Position numbers and translations under genes: made by a program. This document shows, piece after piece, positions 10,814-23,788 of a DNA stretch of 64,000 nucleotides. Origin of the DNA: Eledone cirrhosa (taxonomy: Eukaryota); NCBI GenBank assembly GCA_964016885.1, contig OZ024740.1, positions 135,470,001 through 135,534,000 on the forward strand, written 5' to 3'. Under the pieces are notes generated by a model, which ran no database searches, was not told the DNA's origin, and saw only the letters and a list, made by a program, of their open reading frames with translations. Every line of letters begins with the position of its first letter. Positions within the stretch are counted from its first letter, which is position 1.

Positions 10814-11435
10814 AAAAAATGAAATTGAAATTTCATTTCTCACTCTTAGTATGACTGATACTTAAATATAAATATGTATACGGACATACATATATGTATA
10901 CAAACATACAGTAGTATATATATACATACATGTACACATATATATAAATGTACGTATGGGTTTACCGAACATTTATTATAATGTTCGCTTTGTTTGTAAA
11001 CAAACAGCCCGAATTAAGCCGTACAGTGTTCGCAACCATCGTTGCCCTTTTGTTCAACACTGACAAAGGAACAATGAACTAGTTTCTAGCTTCTTAGCTG
11101 TCATCAGCACCGTATACCCTCCTGTCAATCGATTGAACGTTTGAAAGTATATAATTTCCTTATATATATATATATATATACTCAGCCATTAATATGCATA
11201 AGGAAAGTATATACTTTGAAACGTTTAATCGATTGACAGGAAGGTATACGGTGCTGATGGCAGCTTAGAAGCTAGAAACTAGTTCATCGTTCCTTTGTCA
11301 GTGTTGAACAAAAGAGCAACGATGGTTGCCGAACACTGTACGGCTTAATTCGGGCTGTTTGTTTACAAACAAACCGAACATTATAATAAATGTTTGCTAA
11401 ACCCATACGTACATATACATACTTATATTTATATA
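10811..11435. mobile_element. Two inverted copies of a ~400-bp hammerhead-bearing non-coding repeat (PLE pLTR/retrozyme-like)
   Basis: ~10948-11162 is the reverse complement of ~11198-11415; same family as the tandem copies at 32158-32961. Confidence 0.75.
11072..11112 (-). ncRNA. Minimal hammerhead ribozyme-like motif (partner on + at 11249-11289 with core CTGATGG)
   Basis: CGGTG-CTGATGA-C-AGCT..AGCT-A-GAA-ACTAGT-T-CATTG. Confidence 0.6.
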
Positions 11436-12599
11436 TATATATACCCGTCCCACCCTTGCAAGCAGGGAAAAAGCGGACGTAAAATGAAATGATGATGATG
11501 ATGATGATATACATTATTTCAAAATAATACAAAAGTATTAAAGTAACCAAATAGGTTTTATGACTTCCATCATATTTTCCTCTTCTTTTCTTTACCTTCC
11601 AACACTTCACTTCATTCTAAAACTGACCTGTTTCACCAGCTGCAACCAGAGTTTTTGATTAGTACAAAAGTGTTTCAAGTTGAGGAAGGTTATATGAGGT
11701 CATATCTGATCTAAAGATATAATAGCAGTCAGTACCCAGTCTATCTTTTTGTTTGGGTCAATCTGAAACTCTTCTCTAATAGGCAAAATGTTTCTTGGAA
11801 CAAGTCATTATTATATGTGTATCTGTATATGTGTGCATATGTGTATGTATGTATATGTATGTATGTATATATATATGTATATTTCTTTGTATTCACCTAT
11901 CTTTTGCTTATTTATGTATAGAACAAATGTGTTTGTCTTTAACTGTTTATCTTCTTGTTGTGACAGAGCATCGAATTGACTGGCGACATGCCATATTACA
12001 GAGGATCCGTTTCCTCATGCATACTCCGTTTTTATCTTAGTACAAAACCATAACCCTCCCCCACTTACTTCCTCCACCCCCATCTTGCCCGTTCAACTCT
12101 TTCCAGCATGGCAGCATCCCAGACCATATCACAAAGATGGAAGCACCCCCACCATCCACATACAACCCATGCCAACATAGAAAACCAAGCTAACCCCTAC
12201 CTCATACCATGATGAAATGCTCAGATGAGGTTGGGAAGGGCATCCAACTATGGAAGCCATGTGAAAACAAAACATGTAAACTAGACCATGTCTGGCCTAG
12301 TCTCAGTGCATAACAGTGCATCTGGCCCTGACAGAAAATAAATGTTTAATGATGATGATGTGAACCCTATCCCCCTTCCACATCCCCAATACCTTTTCCT
12401 CCAACCCATGTATGCATAGGAAGCTGAACTGTTTCACAATATATTGTCAAGGGCAACTCAATCTCTTCAAGGACACCCCCATTGTGGGATGCACTCCTAC
12501 TTAACAAGCAACATGTAGCCTGATACTTGCTCTCTCATCTTTCTTTTGTTATTACCTCCCCAGCTGGTCTAAGGACACAAAGAGCATTAAAATGTCTTA

Positions 12600-13030
12600 C
12601 TGAGGTACCACTAGTGACATGATAAAACACTCACTTCACTCTAAGGTGGTTCTTCTGATGCCCAATCAAAAAGCACACAGTCCACCCTGTAAGGTGGTTA
12701 TACTAGTGCCATGACAAAATGCACCCAGTCCATCCTGTAAGATGGACATCTGGATGCCAGGACAAAAGGTTCCCAGTTCACTTTGTAGGATGGGAGTGCT
12801 GGGGACACAAAAAAGATCCCAGTACATACTGTGAGCTGGTTGGCATTAGGAAGGGTATCCAGCTGTAGAAATTGAAGCCAAGGACAATATGTAAGTGGGA
12901 TACAGACTCCTCAGCCTGTCTGGGAGATCAGTAGTCCCTACTTCAGTACTGACATGGTCTATGTAGACCTGTCCAACCCTTGCTAGCAGGGAAAGTGGAC
13001 GTTAAATGATGATGATGATGATGATGATGC
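12600..13030 (+). mobile_element. Old RTE-related 3' region with ~5 tandem ~47-bp modules and (GAT)n tail
   Basis: Repeated GTGCC..AAAA GCACCCAGTCCACCCTGTAAGGTGG, then GGTTGGCATTAGGAAGGG.ATCCAGCTGTAGAAA and terminal CCCTTGCTAGCAGGGAAAGTGGACGTTAAATGATGAT. Confidence 0.7.
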
Positions 13031-13879
13031 ATGTGTTTGCGTGCATGCATGTATAGATGTGTGTGTGTGTATCTACACATTCACATACATACATGAAGAG
13101 CAATAAAATATGTATATAAAATCTAGCCTCCTAATTATTATTTTGAAGAATTGTGTCGAGACAAACTTCAAGGAAACATTTTTTTTAGTTGTCTGTCCTT
13201 TTCATACATTATACACCCATGTCTATAATGTACCTGCCATTTTCAGAGACCAAACAAGAAGCCTTCACTATAAAGAATTTGAGGAGCCACTTGTCTAGTT
13301 TTACAGTTAACTGAAATGTCATTAAACCTCTTGTAGCATGGTTCTGATATTTAGGGAACTGAAAGAGAATCTGATGGGGCAAGGCCAATGAAATTTAATG
13401 GTATGGAATGTGATAGGTGTGTGTTTGTTTTTGTGTGTGTTCTCTAAAGGTTTCATGACATTTTAATGATGACAATTTGTTGATGTCATATAAGTAGTGA
13501 AGGAAAAACTTGACTTATTTAAAATGTTGGGTGGAGGTAGCAGTTTGAATTAATAGTGTACATAACATATAAAGTATCAAGACTAAATATATTCATATGT
13601 TTGGTTTGCGAATGTTGTAAATACTATTTTTTTTTTAATTATTAGCTGCCATTAATGTTGTTTTTTGTTATTGTTTATTGTATTTTATTTTATTATTTTA
13701 TATCAGGAATTTCTGATAATAAATTTCACAGAAGAAAGAATTTTAGTGTGAATTAACCTAGAATCAAAATTGCTGTAGACATAAACAATACTTATGAATA
13801 TTTTTTATGGACATGAATGATCTGCTTAAATAAATAGCATATTTGTATTGAGTTATTTGGCTAGGTGTTTTGAAGAAAG

Positions 13880-14110
13880 AGATTGGCAGAACTGGTAGAG
13901 CACCAAACAAAAATGTTTTGCAATGCATATAATTATGTCCTGTTACAATCTTAGTTCAAATCCCACTGTGGTCAATTTTACCTTTTATTCTTCTAGGGTT
14001 AATAAAATAAGTACTGGTTAAGTACTGAAGTTGATATAACTAGTTGTTTGTTTCCCAAGGACTTTTTGACCATGTACATATGTTTACATATATTAGAAAT
14101 CCTCATTATA
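13880..14110 (+). mobile_element. Degenerate tRNA-derived SINE (Meta-domain-like family)
   Basis: TGGCAGAA..GGTAGAGC A-box, AGTTCAAATCCC B-box, CCTTT..TCTT..GGG TT AATAAAATAAGTAC core. Confidence 0.6.
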
Positions 14111-14785
14111 TTTTAAAAGCCTGTTGCCATTGTAAAATTCTATTCCATGTATTTAATATTTGACCTCAAAGAAATGGCTAGTCATTCACACTTTATCAAA
14201 TCATAGATATCAAGGTGATAAATGATACATACATTCATCATCATCATCAGTTAACGTGCACTTTCCCTCCTAGCAAGGGTTGGTCATGTCTTCACAGACA
14301 GTCAGTGCTGAAGCAGGGCTACTGACCTCCCAGACAGACTGGGGGTTTGCATCTCATTTACATATGGTCTTATGTTTTACCGAGTGCATTTTATTGTGGA
14401 ACCAGCGCAAGCAAGGTTGTCATGTCTTTGACAACTAAATTTCCTCCCAAACCTTTGTTTGGCAAGCTTTCTATGGTTGGATGCCCTTCCTATCACCAAC
14501 CACTTTACAATGTATCATCATCATCATCATCTTCGTTTAACGTCCATTTTCCACGCTGTAGATCACCAACACTAGGGAGATTGTCAATTCCTTGACACAG
14601 CTGAAGGGTCCTCCCAACCCTTTGCTTGGCAAGCTTTCTTTGGTTTGATGCTTTTCCCATCACCAACCATTTTAGTGTGTACTGGGTGCATTTATTGTGT
14701 AGATCACCAACACTAGAGCAGTTGTAGTTCTGTTGACACACTTGAAATGTCCTCTGAATTCTTTGGGGCATATGCATATATATAT

Positions 14786-15137
14786 CATCATCATCATCAT
14801 CACTGTTTTACGTCCGTTCTTCCATGCTAGCATGGGTTAGACAGGTTGTCCTGTTGTGTATCCAGTCGGCTGACCTTGTCTTGCTCATACGGGAACTGAT
14901 TCTGGCTTGATTTTGACAGCTGGATGCCCTTCCTAACACCAATCTCATTTACAGTGAGTGCTGGGTGCTTTTTTCCATGGCGCCTACACATCCACTTTAC
15001 AGTGGAATGATAGGGACCCCAGTCCTATCATCTTATTTCTACAGTTGAGTAAACTGGAGCAATGTGAAATAAAGTGTCTTGCTCAAGGAAACAACACATC
15101 ACCCGGTCTGAGAATTGAACTCACAACCTTTTGATTG
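14786..15137 (-). mobile_element. Truncated CORE-type tRNA SINE with RTE-B-like tail
   Basis: Matches 15782-16173 in the CORE/tRNA part and the RTE-B 3' end in the tail. Confidence 0.7.
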
Positions 15138-15426
15138 CTCTCTCTCTCTATATATATACATGTGCCTTCACATGTATATATATATGTATTTATATATGCT
15201 TGTATATGTGTATATATACATATGTAATAATGAAAAAGTCAATGTGCTTCAATCTTACATCGTTATTGATTACTTTATTACTGTTATATATATATTTCAG
15301 TGGTATCTATTATGTAATAGATACGACCTTGTCAAACAGCTACTGTGTAATCTTTTGTTCAACGTATGCCATTTCCTGGACAGGTTTTAATGTTGCCCTC
15401 CAATGCCCACCGGACATTAGTATATG

Positions 15427-15460
<34 letters not shown>

Positions 15461-15781
15461 AACCTTTTCACCATCTCTCTCTAACTATTCTCTTTCCCTC
15501 TCATCCAGTTACCTTCTCTCTATCTCCCTCCAAAATTGTTTTCGTTTCTACCCTTGTTCACACTCCTTTATCTTTCTGTTTCTTCTTTAATTTTTCATTC
15601 TATTTTCTGATGAAGGACTAGCATTCAAAACATTTTGACTTTTCCTACATTTCCTATATTAAGAGTAAACTAATATATATCTTCATTGTACTTCATTGTC
15701 TGTTGTGTCTTTTCTGTTTACTTTTCATGCACACACACATATATATAAACACACACACACACATATATATAAATACATATA

Positions 15782-16173
15782 TCATCATCATTTTACGTCC
15801 GCTTTTCCCTGCTTTCAAGGGTGGGACGGGAAGTGATTCTGGCTTGATTTCTACAGCTGGATGCCCTTCCTAACACCAACCTCATTTACAGTGAGTACTG
15901 GGTGCTTTTTTTTCCGTGGCGCCTACACGTCCACTTTACAGTGTGGGCTGGATGCTTTTTTGCTGTGGCACCTCCACGACCACTTTGCAGTGGAATGATA
16001 GGGACCCCAGTCCCTATCATCTCATTTCTACAGTTGAGTAAACTGGAGCAATGTGAAATAAAGTGTCTTGCTCAAGGAAACAACACATCACCCGGTCTGA
16101 GAATTGAACTCACAACCTTTCGATTGCAAGGCCAATGCTTTAACCACTAAGCCATGTGCCTCCATATATGTAT
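15782..16173 (-). mobile_element. CORE-type tRNA-derived SINE with RTE-derived 3' end
   Basis: Reverse complement of 19278-19626 with an extra 3' module. Confidence 0.8.
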
Positions 16174-16183
16174 TTATATATAT

Positions 16184-16219
<36 letters not shown>

Positions 16220-16221
<2 letters not shown>

Positions 16222-18964
16222 TACCACAATAATATCAGCTTACGCACCCCAATCGGGGCTGCCAGACGAACTTAAGGATAGGTTTTACGAGTCCCTAATA
16301 CACACTACTGCTCTAACAGACGACAAGGACTTCCTAATCATTGCAGGAGATTTTAACGGACGCGTAGGTAAACACTGCGACGGCTTCAATAGAGTACATG
16401 GAGGCCATGGAGTTGGCACAAGGAATGAGGAAGGATTCAGACTTCTAGAATTCTGCGACGCCAATGACATGTCGATATGTAACACAAACTTTAAAAAACC
16501 CGACAACCACCTGATCACCTATAGATCAGGGGAGCACTCTAGTCAGTTAGATTTTATCCTCATCAGAGGACGTGAGAGATGGACGGTCGTAAACACAAAA
16601 GCCTTCCCTAGTGAGGAATGTACATCCCAACATAGCTTAGTTGTCAGTGACCTCACGGTCAGAACTAGACGAGCCCTGAAACAGAGGCCAACCTGGAGAA
16701 GAAAGATCTGGAAGCTGAAAGTCCCCTCAACCAGTAACAGATTTAAAGATATTTTACTCAACGCCTACGACAGTAAAGAAGAACAGATAGAGACATTTAA
16801 CGTAGAAGAGAACTGGGAGTTCCTAAAAAATAACTTACTAGAGGCGACGGATGAGGTTTGTGGCTGGAGTAAGACCTCAAGCAGGAGGAGAGTGACTTGG
16901 TGGTGGAACAATAAGGTAGATGAAGCAGTCAAGGCCAAGAGACAGGCATGGAAAGAATGGAAGAACGGGGGGAGCAGGGTACATTACATAGAGACCAAGA
17001 GGGAAGCTAGGCGACAAGTATACTTAGCTAGGAGGGAAGCAGAGGATAGAAAATTCAAGCATGTTTTACAACGTGAGGACCAGAAACAGGAGGTATTCAA
17101 GATTGCGAGGCAGTGTGTCAGAGATAGTTGTGATGTCATTGGAGAGAAGTGTATCCGGAATGATAAAGGTGAGCTTGCCCTCACAAGTGCTGAGAAGAAA
17201 GATGCATGGAAGAGTCATTATGATAGATTACTAAATGAGGAGAATGCATGGGAAGAAGAGACCCTACCCCACGTAGACCCTATAGAGGGACCAGCAGTAC
17301 AAGTCAGCGGCAGCGTAGTAAGTAAGGCAATCAGAGATATGAAGATAGGGAAGGCAACCGGTCCATCGGGTATAGCTGCTGAGATGCTGAAGGCATCTGG
17401 GTCTGTAGGTCACACTATAACCACACGTATCGTTAACCAGGTAATACTAGAGGGGGCCATACCAAAAGATTGGTGCAGTAGCATCATTGTCAACTGCTAC
17501 AAAGGTAAAGGCGATGCACTAGATAGAGGAAACTATAGAGGTATAAAGTTGATGGACCAGGTCATGAAAGTAACAGAAAGAGTTATAGCACAGCTGATTA
17601 GGGACCGGGTGAATATAGACGAGATGCAATTTGGGTTTGTACCAGGGAAAGGCACCACTGATGCCCTCTTCCTTGTGAGGCAATTACAGGAAAAGTACCT
17701 AGCTAAAAGTAAGCCACTCTACTTGGCATTTGTCGACCTTGAGAAAGCCTTTGACAGAGTTCCACGTGCAGTAATCTGGTGGGCTCTTAGAAAACTAGGA
17801 GTAGATGAATGGCTTGTGAAAGCGGTACAAGCCATGTATAGGGGAGCAGTCAGCAAAGTTAGGATTGGCAATGAGTATAGCGAGGAATTTAGCGTACAGG
17901 TTGGGGTCCACCAGGGCTCTGTTCTTAGCCCTCTCCTGTTCATCATAGTCCTGCAGGCAATAACGGAGGAGTTTAAGACCGGATGCCCATGGGAACTCCT
18001 GTATGCTGATGACCTCGCACTCATAGCTGAATCTATGGTAGAACTAGAGAATAAATTCCAAACCTGGAAGCAGGGACTAGAGAGAAAGGGCCTCAAAGTC
18101 AACATGACAAAGACTAAGGTCCTTATAAGTAGACGAGAAAACAGAACCCAGATCCCCTCAGGGAAATGGCCTTGCTCAGTATGTAGGAAAGGTGTAGGTA
18201 GGAACTCCATTCTCTGCCCCAAATGCAAACAATGGGTACACAAGAGATGTAGCGGGATCTCAGGAAGCTTAATTAAGAATGTAGGATTCACATGCAGCAG
18301 CTGTGCTGAAACAGCAAGCAAACAGCCACAGGAAACAAGTACCACCAATCTCTGGGAGGGCCCTGTAGAAACAGTAGACAGCTTCTGCTACCTAGGTGAC
18401 CGAATTAGCAACGGAGGTGGGTGCTCAGAAAGTACAATAACTAGGGTAAGAACGGGATGGAAGAAGTTTAGGGAACTACTACCACTGCTAGCTGCAAAAG
18501 GCTTCTCCCTCAGAATGAAAGGCAGACTGTATGATGCGTGTATCCGAACAGCGATGTTGCATGGTAGTGAGACCTGGGCGCTGAAGGTGGAAGACTTACG
18601 TAGATTAGAGAGAAACGAAGCCTGCATGCTCCGATGGATGTGTAACAGTAATATACGTAAACGACAAAGCATAAAGGAATTGAGAGAGAGACTGAGCATA
18701 AGAGGAATCAAATGCTGCGTGCAGGAGAGGCGGTTACGCTGGTATGGACATGTGATGCGTATGAAGGATGACAGCTGCATAAAAAGGTGCAGAGCACTAG
18801 AAGTTGATGGAAACCGCGGAGTGGGGAGACCCAAGATGACTTGGGATGAGGTGATAAAAGCCGACCTTACCCAACTACACCTCTCAAAGTCAATGACACA
18901 CGACCGTGACTTCTGGCGTCACGCAGTAATACAGGGTACCCGACCGCCCATGGGTACATGCTGA
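16220..18964 (+). CDS. 5'-truncated RTE-B APE/RT/PHD reading frame (the MCLHICIYIY.. N-terminus in the ORF track is microsatellite-derived)
   Basis: Uninterrupted frame nearly identical to ORF 23789..26908. Confidence 0.85.
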
Positions 18965-19266
18965 AGCATATAAACAATATGCCCCCCCCCCCCCCACCGT
19001 AAGGTGGTCGTGGAGGTGCCACGGCAAAAAAGCACCCAGCCCACACTGTAAAGTGGACGTGTAGGCGCCACGAAAAAGCACCCAGCACTCACTGTAAATG
19101 AGGTTGGTGTTAGGAAGGGCATCCAGCTGTAGAAATCAAGCCAGATCAGTTCCTGTATGAGCAAGGCATGGTCAGCCGACCAGACACTGCCCACAACAGG
19201 ACAACCCGTCTAACCCATGCTAGCGTGGAAGAACGGACGTAAAACGGTGATGATGATGATGATGAT
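16220..19266 (+). mobile_element. RTE-B LINE, 5'-truncated, in a (TA)n tract
   Basis: Near-identical reverse complement of 23483-26533; starts at ITTIISAYAP after (TA)n; (GAT)n tail. Confidence 0.93.
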
Positions 19267-19277
19267 ATATATCTTAT

Positions 19278-19623
19278 GGAGGCACATGGCTTAGTGGTTA
19301 GAGCATTGGCCTTGCAATCGAAAGGTTGTGAGTTCAATTCTCAGACCGGGTGATGTGTTGTTTCCTTGAGCAAGGCACTTTATTTCACATTGCTCCAGTT
19401 TACTCAGCTGTAGAAATGAGATGATAGGGACTGGAGTCACTATCATTCCACTGCAAAGTGGTCGTGGAGGTGCCACGGCAAAAAAAAGCACCCAGCACTC
19501 ACTGTAAATGAGGTTGGTGTTAGGAAGGGCATCCAGCTGTAGAAATCAAGCCAGAATTCAGTTCCCGTCCCACCCTTGCAAGCAGGGAAAAGTGGACGTA
19601 AAATGAAATGATGATGATGATGA

Positions 19624-19626
<3 letters not shown>
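19278..19626 (+). mobile_element. CORE-type tRNA-derived SINE (resembles octopus OR2-type) with RTE-derived tail
   Basis: TGGCTTAGTGG A-box, GAGTTCAATTC B-box, CCTTGAGCAAGGCACTT..CAGTTTACTCAGCTGTAGAAATGAG CORE-like domain, 3' module and stem-loop shared with RTEs, (GAT)n. Confidence 0.8.
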
Positions 19627-19662
<36 letters not shown>

Positions 19663-19849
19663 GTGTGTGCATATATATGTATATGTGTGTGTATATATGT
19701 ATATGTGCCACCACCACCACCACCACCAATCGCTCCAGTACTGTACAGGTATAATTAACCGCTATTTCATTATTAAAGTGTTGGTTATGTATAAAAATTA
19801 GCTTGTGTAATTGTGTGTGTGTGTGTATGTATCATAATTGTCATCCTCA

Positions 19850-20670
19850 CATTCATTTAACATAGGTTTTCCCTGCTAGCAATGGTTAGCCAAGTCACCA
19901 TAGACCAGGTCAGTATTCAAGCATAGCTATTGGTCTCTCACAGCTACTGACCTCATCTACATACATTCCTACTGTCTACTATGAGCTCAGATCGGTTGGG
20001 TGCTTGCATTTTATGTTCCCAAGCTAAGATGGGTCAGGTGCTTGTATCTTTCTTACATACATTCCCATGCTCTACCAAGGGTTCAGAATAGTTGAGGGTT
20101 CATATCTTTCTTACTTAAATCCCCTCACACAACTGACTGTTCAGATGGATCAGTGAACCCACACCTTGTTTACATAAGTTCCCATGTTCTACCGATAGCT
20201 CAGATGGACTTGGTTCTCACATCTCGTATAAGCTTCTGTTCTCTACCAAGTGCTCTAACAGGCTGGGACCCTGAATCTCATTGACATAAATCTCCACACT
20301 TTACTAACTGCTCAGATGGGCCTAAAGCCTGCATCTCACATAAATTGCTACACTTTACTGTGTGCTCAAATGGGCTAGGACCCTTTATCTCACATATGTT
20401 CCTACACTTTACCAAGTGCTCAAAAAGGCTGGCAACATGCATCTCACATAAATTCTTGCACTTCACCAAGTACTCAGATGGGCCTGGACCCTGCATTTCA
20501 CTTACATATGCTCCTACACTTTAATGTGTGCCCAGATGAGCCAGCCAACATCTTGCTTACACATATGTTACTGCATTCTACCAAGCACTCAAATGTGTCG
20601 CAGTCCACATCTCCCTTACATATATTCCCACACATTATACCAAACACTCAGAAAGGTCTGGCCAGCCAAG
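19850..20670 (-). repeat. Degenerate ~57-bp tandem repeats attached to an RTE-type 3' terminus
   Basis: ~12 diverged units (CTACACTTTACCAAGTGCTCAGATGGGC..GGACCCTGCATCTCACATA); terminal stem-loop remnant at 19855-19890. Confidence 0.65.
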
Positions 20671-20689
20671 TCTCCCTAATTCTAGTGTG

Positions 20690-21329
20690 ACAACCTTTTG
20701 CAAGCTACTGATGAGACTTGTGTTTGGAGCAAAGCACCAGCCTGACAGAGGGTGACCTGGTAGTGGAACAATACACTGGGTAGAGCTATTAAAGCCAAGA
20801 GACAGGTGTGGAAAGACTGAAAAAATGGCAGTAGCACAAACTGGTACCAGGTTGGCTAAGAGAGAAGCTAGATGACAGGTATATGCAGCTCGGAGAGAGG
20901 CTGAAAAAAGAAAGTTTGTCAATATCTTGCAATGTGAGGACCAGAGACGTGAAGTGTTCTGCATCACAAGGCCATGTGTCAGTAGGAATCAGGATGTAGT
21001 TGTGGAAAAGTGTGTTAGAAATGACACCGGTGCACTTAGCACCACTTATACTCAAAAGAAAGAAGCCTGGAAATATTACTATGAGAGAGAGACTGATGAA
21101 TGCACAGAATGGTCCGGAGGAGGAGAGACTACTCCCAATTTACCCAACAGAAGGACCAACTATTGAAGTTGACAGTTATAGGGTCAAAGAAGCAATTAAG
21201 ATGAAGAATGATAAAGCTGCATGACTTTCAGAGATAGTTGCTGAGATGCTAGAAGCACTGGGAGAAGTAGGAGTCAAACTAGTAACCTGTATGGTCAATC
21301 AGGCAATACCCAATGATTGGCGCAGCAGT
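20690..21329 (+). pseudogene. Old degenerate RTE, left half (ends at ..IPNDWRSS)
   Basis: Remnants of VTWWWN, EDQRREVF, EKCVRND with stops and frameshifts. Confidence 0.8.
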
Positions 21330-21887
21330 CATCATCATCATCATCAACGTTTAACGTCCGTGTTCCACGCTTGCATGGGTTTGGACGGGGGTAGTCCCAC
21401 TTGAGGCAAGAGTGATTGTCTTGCTCGCATAGGACTGTCTGGCAGGTTTTCTACAGTTGGATGCCCTTCCTAACACCAACCACATTTACAGTGTGGGTCT
21501 GGGAGGTTTTTACCGTGTTGCCTACACGGCCACATTACAGCGTGGACTGTGTGTTTTTTTGTCGTGACACCTACACGATCTCATTTGTTTCGGCCCGGAT
21601 GGCGCGGCACCAACATAACTTTACATAGGACGGGGTGGTGTGGATGGGGTGGGGGTGGTGGTGGTGGGACGGGGTGTATTTTGTTAGAGATGCCTACTGG
21701 CAAGGCGGGTCTTCTCTGTTACTGAGTACCGCCAAAGGTCTCGGTCCAGTGACATTGTCTTGGAGAGGTGTAAGTGTGTGAGGTCGGAGTTTATCAGCTC
21801 GTCCCAGGTTTTTCTAGGTCTGCCTATTCCGTGGCTACCGTCTATCTTTATTGCCCTGCACTTTGTTATACAGCTATCGACTTTCAA
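21330..21887 (-). mobile_element. RTE-A 3' fragment
   Basis: Matches 41402-41959 reverse complement. Confidence 0.9.
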
Positions 21888-21946
21888 TATATATATTTTA
21901 AAAAAAAATAAGACTTCAGTTGCATTTTCGATTTCATCTCTTTTTC

Positions 21947-21956
21947 TATATATATG

Positions 21957-22051
<95 letters not shown>

Positions 22052-22140
22052 GTATATATATATGTATATATATATGTATATATATATGTATATATATATA
22101 TATGTGTATATATAAATATATGTAAATATATATATATATG

Positions 22141-22187
<47 letters not shown>

Positions 22188-22248
22188 GTATATATATATG
22201 TATATATATATGTATATATATATGTATATATATATGTATATATATATG

Positions 22249-22314
<66 letters not shown>
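21947..22314. repeat. (TA)n/(TATG) compound microsatellite
   Basis: Direct inspection. Confidence 0.95.
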
Positions 22315-22540
22315 CAGATCAGAGCAAACAGCACGGACACTCTATCTCAAAATTATTTTTGAAAAGCATTTAGAAATGCACAACCGGTAAAAACTTAAAA
22401 ACTTAAAACCACAACTGAATACTAACCCATACAATGACTAATACTCTTTTATTCCTAATTAAACCATTTTTCAACTGTGAACAATTTGTCAACATTTTCT
22501 ATTCCGTTTACCAATATATATATGTATATATACATATATG

Positions 22541-22579
<39 letters not shown>

Positions 22580-22647
22580 GTATATATATGTATATATATA
22601 TATGTGTGTATATATATATATGTATATATATATATATGTGTATATAT

Positions 22648-22994
22648 CATCATCATCATCATCATCAACGTTTAACGTCCGTGTTCCACGCTTGCATGGG
22701 TTTGGACGGGGGTAGTCCCACTTGAGGCAAGAGTGATTGTCTTGCTCGCATAGGACTGTCTGGCAGGTTTTCTACAGTTGGATGCCCTTCCTAACACCAA
22801 CCACATTTACAGTGTGGGTCTGGGAGGTTTTTACCGTGTTGCCTACACGGCCACATTACAGCGTGGACTGTGTGTTTTTTTGTCGTGACACCTACACGAT
22901 CTCGTTTGTTTCGGCCTGGATGGCGCGGCACCAACATAACTTTACATGGAACGGGGTGGTGTGGATGGGGTGGGGGTGGTGGCGGGACGGGGTG

Positions 22995-22995
<1 letters not shown>
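22648..22995 (-). mobile_element. RTE-A 3' UTR fragment
   Basis: Matches 249-600. Confidence 0.9.
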
Positions 22996-23485
<490 letters not shown>

Positions 23486-23788
23486 TCATCATCATCATCA
23501 TCACCGTTTTACGTCCGTTCTTCCACGCTAGCATGGGTTAGACGGGTTGTCCTGTTGTGGGCAGTGTCTGGTCGGCTGACCATGCCTTGCTCATACAGGA
23601 ACTGATCTGGCTTGATTTCTACAGCTGGATGCCCTTCCTAACACCAACCTCATCTACAGTGAGTGCTGGGTGCTTTTTCGTGGCGCCTACACGTCCACTT
23701 TACAGTGTGGGCTGGGTGCTTTTTTGCCGTGGCACCTCCACGACCACCTTGCGGTGGGGGGGGGGGGGGGGCATATTGTTTATATGCT

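Noticed and set aside
19278-19352. tRNA gene
   Set aside because: A/B boxes are present but run straight into a CORE-like SINE body and tail; multiple copies
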